The notes under the pieces are model-generated. The model worked only from the letters and a program-made list of their open reading frames with translations. It did no database searches and was not told the origin of the DNA. From Camelus ferus (Eukaryota): DNA of 64,000 bases. Shown here piece by piece: positions 38,769 through 52,653 of the stretch; the stretch's first letter is position 1, and the number at the start of each line of letters is the position of its first letter. A program made the translations under genes and the position numbers. The stretch is taken from assembly GCF_009834535.1 (NCBI RefSeq), contig NC_045696.1, positions 118,050,001-118,114,000 of the forward strand, written 5' to 3'.

Positions 38769-40891
38769 TGTTTATCTATTTTACACATAGTAATGTGTAT
38801 CTGTTAATCCCAAATTCCTAATTTATCCCTCCCCACCTCTTGGAATTTTTAGATGCAGTGTACATACATAAATGTGCACTAATATGCATGCAACTTGATA
38901 CATTTTCTAATGATGAATGCACCAGTGAAACATCTACCTAGATCAAGATAAAGGACTTTTCTGTTAGCGGCACTCTAGAAGCCCCTGAGGACTCCCACCC
39001 AGGCACTACTTGGGAGCATTTCTTTAAAGAATCCTCATCTCAAGGTCTACTTCTGGAAAACCCAACCTAAGACAGTGTGGATACAAGGACCCCATTTTTT
39101 TGCCCTCCCCCAAACACCCAGAAGCCAGTTTTGAGAGAGGAGGAGAGAAAGGAAATTCAAGAGGCTAAGCTTTTACCTGAAAGAACTATAATCAGAGGTT
39201 TCCCTTTGACTCTCCGGAATGACTCAAATCAGAGGACTGAAACTAAAATAGACTGAAACTGAAAAAGACTGAAAAGAAAGGAGGAAAGGGACGCTGTCCA
39301 GCCCTAGTCCAGCCCCCAGCCTATAGCCAGTAACAACTACTAGCCATGTCGTTCAGCTGTCTTGAATATCTCAGCCCCAATCAAGCCTCCAATTGAACAC
39401 AGTTCAATATCATATGAAGCAGAAAGATATACAGCTGATTCAAGTCAACCTAAAACCCTTAAGAGTTAATAAACACTTCTCATTTTAAGCCACTAAGTTT
39501 GGGGCTGGCTTGTTACATAGCAAGAGGCAGATGAAAGAGATGCATATGGTTCTCTAAATTTTTCTTCCATCTCTTACCATGGAATATTCTTACAGTCATG
39601 GTCCTTCCAGAATATTTTCTCACTGGTACCTACACGCAAGTGTGTGTGCCAATGTGCATGTGTGCAGACATATACGTAGTCTAATCCTTAAGTAAACGTC
39701 CATTAGTCATGAAAAAAAAAAAGAAAAAGACTGAAGTAGTTATTGGTGAGTGGGTGTGGCCACAGCTGTCCAAGGGCTGGGGCACCATGAGAAAAGTCAA
39801 AGCAGGTGTTGAGACATAAAGCAACTACCAGTTCCCTGCCCATCTGATGCCACGTGAGTCATCACATGACCCCCCAGGAAGACATGCTACTTAAAGCACG
39901 GAGCTGAGTGACTGGCACAAAGCCATGCCCACTGAAGGGTGGTTATCGTCTACGGTCTTGCACTGTGACCCCAGAGAAGTAATTTAACCTCTCTTGGCCT
40001 TTGAGTCCTCGACTAGAAATAAACGGGGAAAATGCTGAATTACATGTGGTTTTCACATCAATGGTAACCTAATTATAACTGGTTCAAAGAACTTCCACTT
40101 TTTTTATCAGAAAAGGCAAATGCTCATCCTTATAAATGACCAGTAAAACATAAGTTCCAGCCATAGAGGGTCTGTAATGAAGTCCCCTATGACAGGCTTC
40201 CAGAGGGTAGAGAGAGGGGTCAAGTTCCCCTGTGGCCTTCAGCTGCCTAGGACTGTCAGGAAAACCTTTGAGGAGGTAAATCTGTCCCTTTTACAATAAA
40301 CTGAATCCCCTATCCTGTGAAAAAAACTTGGAGGTGGTCAGCTTCAAGCCATATGGTGAAGAGCACTGCTTTAAAAATCTGATCGTCTAAGTGAAAGGAT
40401 TTAGGTGGAAAGGAGACCAGTGCAGTGAATACCATGCTAGTGAGATTCTCCTACAGCGGAATACTCAGTCCTGACAATGTCAAATTTTATAGGATGGTAA
40501 AACCCAACTCAACAGAACAATGGCTTAGAACAGAACAATGACTCCTTTAAGTAAAATGCAGTGAGAGTTAGATCTGACTGGTTCTCCATAGAAGGGGGCA
40601 AATATTCCAATATCAACCATTAGGGAAAAAGCAGGTCCTCAGATAGGAAAGTGGACGTTTGCAGGTGAATCTAGCTCTCCTGTCCCAGACCTAACCGAAG
40701 GATGGGCTCCTTCGTGGGATATGCGAGACTCATTATTGCCCCTGGAGGAAGGATTAGAGGAAATCACACTTAAAGGGGGGGCACTGAACGTCTCAAAGAG
40801 CTGGCCATGTTTCTGAAACCGGGTATCTGGCTTCACAGTACCTATATTTGTTATTACTATTTATTCCCGTTTGTTATCTTTTATTTGGCAT

Positions 40892-41312
40892 GATGGTTCT
40901 CAGCCCTGGCTGTACAAAGCATCACCTGGGGAGCTTTTAAAATTACCTCCCCTCTGAGCCCCACCCAAATGAATTTAATCAGAATCTCTGAGGGTAGGAC
41001 CCGAGAGTGATACTATTCAGTATCTATCTATATATCTGCTGATTTTATATTTACACATACATATATATGATCTCTAAATATGCATTGTGTTTGCATATAT
41101 ATACACACACATATATATAAAACCAGTGTATATATGTGTGCATATATAAAAAATCAACAAACATATATACGATCAGTATATATGATTACATATATTTAAT
41201 CAGATTAATCAAATGGTTATATATATACACACACACTCATATGTGTGTGTATGTATTTTTTTTAAACACTCTAGGTGACTCCCATGTGCAGCCAGGATCA
41301 AGAGTCATTGCT
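40892..41312 (+). mobile_element. MER5B-like element split by a TA/CA-rich block (~41020-41255)
   Basis: 'tggttctcagccctggctgtaca...catcacctggggagcttttaaaa' and 'ctctaggtgactcccatgtgcagccagg'. Confidence 0.7.
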
Positions 41313-42126
41313 TTAATAAACTTTCTCTGAAACATCCCAACCCTGCCTCACCTTTCCTACTGAGAATGCGAAGCAAAATACAAAACCAGAAATGGTCATG
41401 ACAGTGGTTTTACCGAGAGAAGGTTAGATGAGATCGGGTGGCTAGAGATTTGGGGTGCATGATCTAGTTTCCCCTTGCCAGACGATTATCAATAATTCCT
41501 GAGCGTATCGATTGGCTTTTTAAAAGGTAGAAAAAACTTTTCTTAGAGTGACACCATGAAAATGACTTAATTATTAAAACAATTTTAATAACTCTATGGT
41601 GTCATATTTTAAAAATTGATCTCTACTCAGGGTTGTTAATATTTTAATGAAAGAAAAAAGTGTCTAATGTTTGGTTTCCAGACAAGCCAAAGGATGAAGT
41701 TTAGGGGATGAGAAGCAGGAACCTTGCCAAAGCAGCTCAGCCAGACAGCTTGCACAGTGACATAAGACCAGCCTTTCTCTCCTTGCACTCTTCCTCCAAA
41801 ATAACAGCTTATGTTTGAATGCCTCAGTCAGAAGCAGCAATTCTCACTTTAAAGATTCACACTGGCCACAGCTCACGTGATAGAAGACTATGACACAATG
41901 AGAGTGGCTTTTAAAAGTATCCTTTGTGTTTAAAAGTATCTCCTGGAGATAGCTGGGGAGGAAAAAGTTTGGAGAGATTTTTCTTGTTTGCCTTTGAAGA
42001 CAGTCAATGAATACAGTATGTATTCAAGAACCCATTTTGTAGATGGAAACCACAAATCAACCAGATTTTTGAAAATCTATATACTGTGGAGATATTTACC
42101 TGATTATAGAAAGGATTCTCAAAAAC

Positions 42127-42914
42127 ATTTTTCCAGCTTTATTGAGATATAATTGGCACTCAACATTGTGTAAGTTTAAGGTGTACAATGTGATGACTTG
42201 GTACATGTGTATATTGTGAAATGATTACCAAAAAGGCTAATTAACATCTCTGTTACCTCACATAGTTACCATTTGTTTTTCTGGGTGGTGAGAACATTTA
42301 AGTTGTGCTCTTTTAGCAACTTTCAAGTATATAATAGTTGGCTACAACTATGCATTGTTAACCATAATCACCACATGGTACATTAGATCCCCAGAACTTA
42401 TTCGTCTTCTCACTGGAAGTTTGTACGCTTTGACTAACATCCTTCCATTTTCCTCACCTCCCATCCCCTGGTAACCATCATTCCACTCTGTTTCTGTGAA
42501 TTCAGCTTTTTTAGATTCCACCTATACAAGATAGGATGCAGTACTTGCTTTTCTCTCTTTGGCTTATCTCACTTAGCATAATGCCCTCAAGGCCCACCCA
42601 TAAGGCAGAATTTCCTTCTTTTTTTTTTTTTTTTTTGTGGCTGAATGATGCACCACCTCTTCTTAATCCATTTATCTGTTGATGGACTTAGCTTGTTTCC
42701 ATGCCTTGGCTATGTGAATAATGCTGCAATGAACACAGGAGTGTAGATACCTCTTTGACATAGTGATTTCACTTACTCTAGATATATACCCAGAAGTGGG
42801 ATTGCTGGATCATACGGTAGTTAATTCTATTTTTAATTTTTTCAGGAACCATCATACTGTTTTGCATATGGGCTGTACCAATTTACATTCCCACTAACAG
42901 TGCACAAGAGTTCT
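42127..42914 (-). mobile_element. L1MA-type ORF2 C-terminus + 3'UTR
   Basis: 'ctttattgagatataattg...aagtttaaggtgtacaa...cccagaagtgggattgctggatcata...caatttacattcccac'. Confidence 0.88.
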
Positions 42915-42979
42915 CTGAGTTCTCTTTCAGAAATGCTTTTTAAATCTACTCTTTATTAGTTTAAAAAATTAATGAAACC

Positions 42980-44207
42980 CCTTACACCATATATAGAAAT
43001 CAATACAAAAGACTTTAAGAACTAAAACCACGTAACTCATAGAAGAAGAAAACATGGGACAAATCATCAAGATTTTAGATTTGAGAATGGCTTCTCAGAC
43101 ATCAGAAATCATGGAGAACACAGGTGACAACAACAAAATAGATAAACTGGACTTAATTAAAATTAAAACATTTTTTGCATCAAAGGACATTATCAAGAGA
43201 GTGAAAAGACAACTTACAGAATGAGAGAAAATATTTGGAAATCACATATCTGATAAGGGTTTAATATCCAAAATAAATACAGAACTTCTACAACTCAGCA
43301 TCAAAAAGATAAATAACCCAATTTAAAAATGGACAAAGGACTTGAATGAGTATCTCTCCAAAGAAGATATACGAATGGCCAATAAATACATGAAAAGATG
43401 CTTTACATCATTAGTCACTAGGGAAACATAAATCAAAACCACAGTGAGATACCACTTCAGACTTATTAGGATGGTTATTAATAAATGAATAAACGAATGA
43501 ACAAACAACAGAAAATAACAACTTGTTCGTAAGGATGCAGAGAAATTGGACCCTCGTGCACTGCAAGTGGAAATGTAAAATGGTGCAGTTACTGCAAAAA
43601 ACTACTAGTGTAATGGATCCTCAAAAAGCTAAGTACAAAATTACCATATGACCCAACAAGTCAATGTCTAAGTATATGCCCCAAAAGAATTGAAAACAAG
43701 GACTCAAGTAGATACTTGTGTGTGCCAGTGTTCACTGCAGCATTATTTACAATAGCCATAATGTGGAACCAAACTATCCACTAACAGATGAATGGATAAG
43801 CAAAATGTAGTATATCCACACAATGGAATATTATTCAGTCATAAAAGGGAATTCTGATACATGCTACCACATGGACGAAACTTGGCAACATTATGCTAAA
43901 TAAAATAAGCTAGACACAAAAGGGAAGATATTGTATGATTCCACTTACATGAAGTATCTAAAATAGACAAGTTCATAGAGAGAGAAAGTTAGAGGTTACC
44001 AGGGGCTGAGAAGAGGGAGGATGGGAGAGTTATTGCTTACTTGGTACAGAATTTGTGTTCAGGGTGATAAGAAAATTTTGGAAACAGATAGTAGTGATGG
44101 TAGTACAACACTGTGAATGTAATTAATGCCACATAGTTAATGTAAAAATGGTTAAAGTGGTAGATTTTATGTTATATATGTTTTACTGCAATAAACATAT
44201 TTTTTAA
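42980..44207 (+). mobile_element. L1MB-type ORF2 3' part + 3'UTR
   Basis: 'ttaaaacattttttgcatcaaaggaca', 'aaaagatgctttacatcattagtcactagggaaa', 3' 'ttttatgttatatatgttttactgcaataaa'; degenerate TSD aaaaaat(ta/cc)atgaaacc at 42963 and 44208. Confidence 0.9.
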
Positions 44208-46439
44208 AAAAAATCCATGAAACCAACTATGTTATTTACTATCTTCTCCCAATTTACACGGTCAGATAAATGTTACTGAAATAAAAGGAAATGTGAAGTC
44301 ACTTTTGATAAGAACAAGGAATGAATGACAATTTATGCCAGAGATCAGATACAGATGTTGCCCTAGTGTAGACATTACCACCATGGGGCATTAGTTCACA
44401 GGACACTCAGGAAATCACCCTGAATCTGAGCAAGGCTTCACAGACCACTGATCCAGAAGGAAATGTATTATAGAATATATATGCTCTCATTCTAGAAAGA
44501 CAGATTTCCTTTTCCCTTCTGATTTAATTACATTTCTCTTTAAGATAATCCTATTATGCGTGGATTTATTATAGTTGAGATTAGTTTTTTAAAAGAAAAT
44601 AAACACAGAAGATAATGTGGTCTTTGAGCAAGGAAATCAATTTAAGTTGTCCTTGTTCAGAATTGGTATTTCAAAGGAAAACCCCATAAATTCTGACCCT
44701 CTCATGTATCTGTATGATGAACCAGGTCACTGTAATACAGATTATTTAGATATTGCCAATAGATTCCACTAACATTTTGAAACATGGGAATATAGGTAAC
44801 ATTTTTTTAATCACTAGTCTTTCTTTATGCTGAACATATATTTGAGTGTGCAACAAACAATGTATTTAGGAGCCCATTAGAAATTCAGATGCAGAATTGC
44901 CTTTCATCTGATCATGTAGACGTGTATTGATACAGATAATATGAACAGAGAAAGACAAAACGATGTCATGTTGGATATTCAACAATCCATTACTCAAAGA
45001 TAAAAGTTTTCTAATAGCCACTAAAAAGAAAATCAAAGAATATATAAATTTTAATTTAGCATAGCATTGCATAACATCATAGCTTATGGGAGACTTCCGA
45101 AGCAGCTAGCAACAGATGGATGGATGGTCATTCAGTAAGAATTTGGAAATGCCAAAGGTAAAGAAAATTAGACTGCTCCAAAAATATTTTAAATAAAAAG
45201 AAGTTTAATTCCCCACAGGAAGAACCTTATGGAGAACTGTCATGAATTTCGGCACTACTGAATAAAACTGCAGTTAAGAAAGCCAATTATTTTTATAGGG
45301 AAAATAAATTTTCCTATGATAATTCAGATAAAACTGGTAAATGGATAACTGCCTTAATAAAAAGGAGAGAGAAACTCAACATAACAGCAATTTATACAAA
45401 ACAAGGAGTGATAATGAGGAAAGAGATAAGGAATAGCTTTAAGGCATATTATGAGAGTCTGTAAATCTGCGAACCTGGTAAGTGCGGTGGATTTAGAGTT
45501 TGGGGGAAAGAAATTGGAATCTTAAATTTCTCCCTAAATGAAAGTTTCTTAAAGATGAAAGATCTGCCTACATTGAGAGCGTGCATATAGGATCACCCCC
45601 AAATTGAGGGAGGTCTAAAATAGGATCCACAGTTTCTGTCGACATATTTCAATGATGCGGAGGAGGACATGCCATTTTGAAGTCACTGGATGTGAATTGT
45701 TCCAAAGTCACTTAACTAACCATGTACCTGCATTAGTTAGGTATCCCTTAATTATAAATGACAAAAGCTAACTCAGGTTGACTTAAGTAAACTAGCAGGC
45801 CAGGTGGATTACCAAGACAGGGGAAAAGAGACTGGGTCAGAAAATCACGTGCTGAGTTTTAGAAACTGGTGATCTGAATTTACCACTGCCTGGATTTTTT
45901 TCTTTCTACTTGTCTCAAGTCTCTGGTGGCCTAGAATAAAGCTGGCCAAGACAAACTGGGATTAAAGTAACAGAAGCAAGAGAGAGACCCAGAGGGAAAG
46001 AATGTCCCTATGGCAAGGGTGTCCCTAGTTTCAAACTCTGAGATCCCCAGAACCAAGCACATTCCCGAAACTCTTCCTCTGGTCCCGCTAGCTACAGTAA
46101 GGTCCTTCAATTAAAGCCCCTCTTCTGGCTCCAGCTAGTCTGAGTTTCTGCCACTTGTCACCAAGAGTCCACACTAATATACCTCCCTGAATAGTGCTGA
46201 AGAAATGCCTTCCTGGAAAAGGAAGTGTGTGGGCAAGTAAACATCAACTGAATAGCTTGGCATTTCTTACAAAAGGAGGGAAATGTACTGGAAGTGAGGC
46301 TTCAGCAGAGGGGCTGGTGCACATTACTGGTGAGGCATCAAAGGGAAGTAGGCAAAATTAGAAGAAGTTAAAGCAAAAAAAGGAAATGGAGTTAATGACA
46401 TGGGTGTGTTTCACTGGTCAGCAAAGTTACTAACTTCCA

Positions 46440-47830
46440 CTCTCAGCAAGCATTTACTGAATATTCTTTATGTGCAGGCACCGTGCCGGGTGCTACGAAG
46501 GTGAAAGATCTCCGTAACACATGGTTCCTGCCCTCAAGCGGTGTGTTTCTGTAGGGGCAAAACAGTTCCTCATATTACAGCTCTACAAGGTTGTAGTGAT
46601 AACGGTCCCAAAAGGAGACAAAGCAAGGAATTCCTGATTCTCAGAATCAGATTTGGAAGAGATTTGTCCCAGATGGGAGGATGGGGCAGGGTTCGTGCAG
46701 GAGGGCATTAAGCTGGAGACTGACAGGTAGGCACCCTCAGCACAGATATGGTGGGAGGAGGGTGAGGGAAGAGTGGTTAAGACACCCCAAGCACAGAGAA
46801 TAACAATAAAAGCACAGGAGTTTGTGAACATTGTTTTTTGCTACAATGGTGGGTTTTGCCTGAAGATATAAGGGCTTACATATCAGGCTCAGGGATTTAG
46901 ATTTTGTCTGGGGGATGAGGCACCAATGCAAATGTGTGAACAGAATGGAGCCAGATTAATAAGACAACGGTAAACAGGGTGACTTTTTAAAAGTTCTTTT
47001 TAAAGGTATTTTTGGGGGGGGGAGGTAATTAGGTTTGTTTGTTTGCTTGCTTGCTTGTTTTGATGGAGGTACTGGGGATTGAGCCCAGGACCTCATGCAT
47101 GCTAAGCATATGCTCTACCACTGAGCTACACCCTCCCCTCTTAGAGTGATTTGACACCAGAAGAGATGCAAGTCAAGACAATTCCTCAGTGGTCTATTAA
47201 AATAGCCCAGATGAGAGGTAATAAGTCATTTGAGAAGTCACTGAGGAAATAGGGAAATAAGAGTAATTGTGGAAAATATAATGGAGATAGAACAGGGCTT
47301 GACAACTGATAAGACGTAAGGAGATGATGATGCCTGGGCTACGTGCACAGGGGATAGGAGGAAAAGAGGGCCACTAACTGAGCTGGAGTTGGGGGAGAAA
47401 CAGAAGCAGGTTTGCTGGGGGTCAGAGCAAGGATAGTTTGGGCCATCTCAAGTTTAGGTGTTTTGTGGACATCCTGGAGTTGCAGACCAGGAAGCAGTTA
47501 AGTGTAAGACCCCTGAGTGTGGAGAAGTTGGAAACACAGGTTTATATCTGCCAGAAGTCTGCAGAGACAGGTTACTGAGATCAAGGAGGGTTACAACAGG
47601 ACCTGTATAGTTGTGAGGACAGAATGAGACAACAAATGCAAAGCATGCTGATCCCTGCCTGGAACAAGGAAAGTACTTGGTGACTGTCATCCTGGAGGAG
47701 CTAACAGTCAGAGTAGACTGTTCTAGTGAATGGGGACAGTTTGGTCAATAGCGTCAAACATTGTAGAAAGTTGAAGCAGGAGGGAGGCCACTTGTTTTAG
47801 CAACTAGATGATCATCGATGGTAGTTTTAG
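46440..47830 (-). mobile_element. L2 LINE remnants
   Basis: 'caagcatttactgaatattctttatgtgcaggcaccgtgccgggtgct' (L2 3' end) followed by G/A-rich degenerate L2 text. Confidence 0.65.
46985..47138 (-). mobile_element. tRNA-derived SINE (vic-1-like)
   Basis: 'ggaggtactggggattgagcccaggacctcatgcatgctaagcatatgctctaccactgagctacaccctcccc'. Confidence 0.88.
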
Positions 47831-48370
47831 TAAAATAGTGATGGTAGAAGCTATTTTTTAAATATTATAAATATTCCACAGATAAAAAAGTAATTAAAGA
47901 AATAGAACATCATCAAAATGATTGAAGACGCCTGTGTGCTACTTTCTAACATTTCCCCTTCTCCCCTGCAAGAGGTAGAGATTATTCAGAATGTTGTCCT
48001 TAAGGCCCCATCTTAGAGAGTTAAGTGAGCAGGTGATGAGGGAGGGGAGGTGGGGCTGGGAGGCTCTTTCATGATTTGGTGGGAAAGAGGAGGAGAATAA
48101 CAGGACAATGGCTTATGCGGGATGCAGAGTGGTGAGAAGGGTTTTGATGCAGACTAGAGCAGAAGTGAGCAAGCTTCTGGCAGAAGTAAAGGCACCAGAT
48201 AGAGATGAAGGATGCAAGAGAGATGGGAAGCTGTAACTAAGACAATCCACTGTCAAAAAGGTAGAAAGGTTTGAAATAGGCATTTTGGGGTAAAATTCAG
48301 TTCCATCACTGCATGATCCATTCTAGTCATTAAGACAATTCAAAAATAAAAAATAAAACCAACTTTGATC

Positions 48371-48521
48371 TAGCACAGGGAACTATATTCAATATCTTGT
48401 AATAACCTTTAATGAAAAAGGAATATGAAAACAAATATATGTACGTATATGCATGAGTGGGACATTGTGCTGTACACCAGAAACTGATACATTGTAACTG
48501 ACTGTACTTAAATTAAAAAAA
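48371..48521 (+). mobile_element. 5'-truncated L1 3'UTR tail
   Basis: Same tail type as 1054-1250. Confidence 0.82.
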
Positions 48522-49350
48522 AGAGAGAGATAATTCCATTCATTCAATTTAATGCATTGATTTTCCTTGTCCTCTATATATTCCTTCAGGTAGGATATAT
48601 GTTAACTTTAGCACAAACCTTTTTCAAGCAGACAGACCCCACTGGACATTTTATAAGAGCAAATAAGTGGTTAAAACTTAACAAAACATTAGCAGAACAC
48701 ACAGAGAGAAGAATGCTGCTGCAGTTCCTTGAAGAATTGAACCCTGTAAAAGAGATCATTTTTATTTCAAACAGTGCCACATGCATAAATCCATTTGTGG
48801 TCCCATTTTTAGATTATTATTGAAAATGAATAAAAGAACTACTTGGCTGTTTGGGATGTTACTCTATTTCTCTCAACAAGATCATGCAATAATATCCGAG
48901 TTCTAGCCAACAGAATGAGTTGGGTTATGGAACAAATTATTCATAGAGATGGGACTCGCTTCATAAAAGGTAGACTCTCATGAAACAATGTGAGCGGGGT
49001 CTGAGTATTATTAGTTGCACCCCAAATATTTCATTCCCAGTTCTGATGATAGTGAAATATACTAAACCAGCATTTGATAGTATTAAAATGACTACAGGCT
49101 TTGGAAGGATTTAAAGAATTTGGTCTCAAGAAACCATTTACAAGATTCAGTTGGTATGCCTCCTCATATATATCTCTGAAGGCGTTTATTAAAATTAATC
49201 AGCATTAACCCACATTCTTTATTTAAAGAGTAGGGTGACCCAGAATGGCATCTGTCTCTGTAACTATTTTTGCCTGATCGTAAATTGCTTTTGCACATGT
49301 TTTAGGCAAAATAATAATGTATTAAAGTATTATGAACTCAGGCAGCATCT

Positions 49351-49407
49351 AATTATTTATCACAGAAAATTATTTATCACTGAAAATTATTTACCACTAA
49401 AATTATT
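49351..49407. repeat. 17-bp tandem repeat, about 3.4 copies
   Basis: AATTATTTATCACAGAA / AATTATTTATCACTGAA / AATTATTTACCACTAA / AATTATT. Confidence 0.85.
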
Positions 49408-52400
49408 CTGAATTTTCTTTCATCTAAGAAACATAAACAGTATATTTTGTTTTTGTCTCTGAAAGATATTACATGGACATACATTTTGGGTCTCAATATT
49501 TTATGATTAGAAAAATAAGTCACAGGATAGATTCCTAAAATTGTTTTCAAGCTGACTCACTTATTAATAAGCCAGTTAACAGTATTCATATATAATTTTC
49601 AAAGGATTGGACACTTGTAAAAAGAATCAACAAAATTTTCCTATATGGATTAATATTATCATCATCTTGGTAAATATTTGGGACGTATTTCCATAAGAAA
49701 GATTAAAGACCTTCTCTAAGGACTACCACTGCTCTTAGGTAAGTTACTTGACCTCTGAGCCCAGACCAGTACCCACAAATAGCTAGCAGGTGTCAGTCAT
49801 GCACTTGAAGGTCTTAACCATAGTTCCATGGCTAGATCATCACACCTACAGGAAAAACTCATTCATCATTAACAAGCAGGCCACTGGGCAGGGGCCTACT
49901 GCACTACTTGATACTTTGAACTATGTCCTTTGACAAAGGTAACAATTAAATTTAAAAGAAATAAAAATTTAAACACTGGAAGAGAACATAAAATCATTTC
50001 TAACTCTAGGTAGTATGTCAGAATCCATTCAGGAAAGCAGGAACCATGCTAGACATTTCAAACAGAGGTTTTTAATACGGAGACTTGTTACCCAGGCATC
50101 AAAAGGTTGAAAGTGGGATGCCGAAGTGACCTAGAGAAAACACCAGGTAAAACTACCACCTTGAGAGCTGGGAAAGCGAATAGGAGAAGATGGTACCACT
50201 AGAACCTAGAAGTTCTGTGGGACTGTAGGGTCGGAAGGGGCACCCCCATGAGGCTGATGTTTGCTTAAACGTCTAAGGAGGGAGCATAGCCAGGTGGGCA
50301 CTAGAAGGTCAAGGAGACAGAGCTGGGAGATAATGAGAATGAGACTCTGGGGATGGTGTGGCATCCGTACTCACCAACAAAATCTAAACTTCCGGGTCCT
50401 GCCTTGTAAAAGGAGAGCTGCTTTGATGTCATTTTAGGGGTGGAAATGGTGTATACACCTTCTTCTGTAAACTCTTCAGTAACTTTACTCCCTTTGGGAG
50501 AAAGAATGCTTTGACCTGTTATCCATCATCAATATTGACATGCCCAAGGGTTTAGGTCTTTTTGATAGGGAGGAAAACAAGTGGTGATTTGCAAAGGAGT
50601 ATCTCCTGGAGAAAAGGGTTGATGCTAGGGTCTGAGAATATGACCAACTTCCTTCACACTTTTACTTGCGGCCAGCAGAACAGTTTTCCACTGAGCTGAG
50701 GTGTGTATCTCTACAAGTCTCTAACTTCCTGGGAAATGAATAATGTATTAAGCCCAATCATCTTACTGAAGCTTCAACTACCCCTGAAACCTTCCTTGTA
50801 ATGAAGAGAGAAAGCACAGCTTCTGTACTGTCTGCCCATTAGTGAGATTAGTTTACCTTTTCACCAGCTTATACCAAATAGCAACTCAATGGCCCTCCCA
50901 GGACTAACCAAATAAGAAAAGAGAGTTCTGATCAATGTCACTGCCAGGCTTAATAATTTTCTGATATTTGGTCTAAATTTTATTGCTGCCAGTTGAGTGT
51001 CTTTTTTTCAGCAATTCGATTTGCCTCTCAATTATGTGCATATGTTTCTTGTAATATATCTCCTTGCTGCAGAAGAGTAAGAGGGCACTGAGAACGACAT
51101 TGGTTATTTAGTTTTTCTTGTTATTATAATCAATGGTTTCTTTATGATCACTTTGTTAAACTAAGCATTTATTAGGTTTCTTATTTGGGGTTCAGTGAAG
51201 TCAGTGCTGTAGGCTACTAACCCCCATGTTCAGTATTTGAGTGAACAATGATGAGAAAGTTGATAAATGACTTTTCATCAAGGTGTTTTTAAGGTAATTT
51301 TTATGTTTTTGCTTAACATGGTTCAAAGAGCACCCCTCCCCCCCAAATCAAGATACAGATGCTGATTAAAACACACGGGCGTCTGCTTCCCTGAATGTTG
51401 GCCCAGTGCCTGGAAGGATCAGGCACCAGCAGGTGGAGAGGATTGTGGCTGATACACCTGACATAAGAATGGACTCTAATGAAACCCAGGCTGCACTCCA
51501 GTAAAAATCAGGATCTTCACATCTTTGACTGAATCACTTGAGATCAAGCCTCTATTATGGCAGACCTAACTAGTGGCTTCAGAATTAAAATCAGGAAGGA
51601 CTTCAGTATCATTCTGCTGTTTCCACCTATTGCAGGGATTTTAGACTGGGTGGTGGGGATGATACCGTGAAGATGGAGGAGGAAAGATTACCGGTCAAGA
51701 TGGCAGAGTGGTAAGACCACAAGCTTGCCTCTACTCATGACTACAATGAAACCACAACTGAATGCTAAACAACTATCAAAAAAAAACCCAAAACTGGAAT
51801 CTAGAAAAATAGCTTCTGCAACTGGAAACATAAAGAGGGAACCACAGCAGGATGGTAGGAGAGGTGGATGGTAGGAGAGGTGGGCTCACGATATAACTGG
51901 GCCCCATACCCCCTAGGTGGGCGACCCACAGTTTGAAGAATAGTTAAGTTGCAGAGGCCCTCCCATAGCAGCAAGAGCTCTAAGCCCCACATCAGGCTCC
52001 CCAGCCTGGGTGCCGGCATTGGGAGGAGGAGGAGACCCCAGGACACCTGGTTTTGAAGGCCAGCAGGGCTTGGCTCCAGAAGCCCCAAGGGGCTGGGGGA
52101 AATGGAGACTCCATTCACCTGGGAAGTGTACAAAGAAACTCGCGTGCGCCAGGTCCAAGGGCAGAGGCAGTGATTTCATAAGAACCTGGGCCAGACTTGC
52201 CTGCTGGATTTGGAGGATCTCCTAGGGATGAGGGGGATGGCTGCGGCTCACCTAGGGGATCTAAAAGCTGGTGGCGGACATTCTGGGAGTGTTCAGCTAC
52301 ATGAGCTTTCCTGGAGTCTGGCATCTTGATTGGATCATCAGCACCAAGACCTAGCCCCACCCAACAGCCTGTAGGGAAGCCTAAGGCCAAACAACGTACA

Positions 52401-52653
52401 GGGTGGGAACACAGGCCCACCCATCAGCAGACCTCCTAAGCCACAAAGGCCTCAAGACACAGACATGGCCCTACCCACCAGAGGTCCAGGACCAAGCTTC
52501 ACCTAGCAGTGGGCAGGCACCGGCTCCTCCTGCCAGGAAACCTGCATAAGCCTTAGTCCAGCCTCACCCACCAGGGGCAGATACTAGAAATAAGAAAACA
52601 ACAATCCCAAAGCCTATGGAAGGAATCCACAAACACATAGAAAGATAGACGAT

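Larger units (their letters stand above)
37330..39075 (+). mobile_element. Old ERVL LTR16-like element interrupted by L1 and SINE insertions
   Basis: 3' end 'gaatcctcatctcaaggtctacttctggaaaacccaacctaagaca'; 5' part 'gcaatgactgatgagggagg...ctcaggtgggactact'. Confidence 0.5.

Noticed and set aside
39234..39275. gactgaaa short repeats (also the aacagaacaatg duplication at 40511-40540) as an array or CRISPR-like structure
   Set aside because: Only 2-4 short irregular units without unique spacers, in eukaryotic DNA; consistent with ordinary slippage.
42127..44207. Twin-priming inversion of a single L1
   Set aside because: Both halves have their own different 3'UTRs, overlap in L1 coordinates, and appear to have separate TSDs.
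48557..48823. Coding exon suggested by 'ttccttcag|gtag' and overlapping ORFs
   Set aside because: Neither strand's translation resembles a known protein and I found no consistent acceptor/donor pair.
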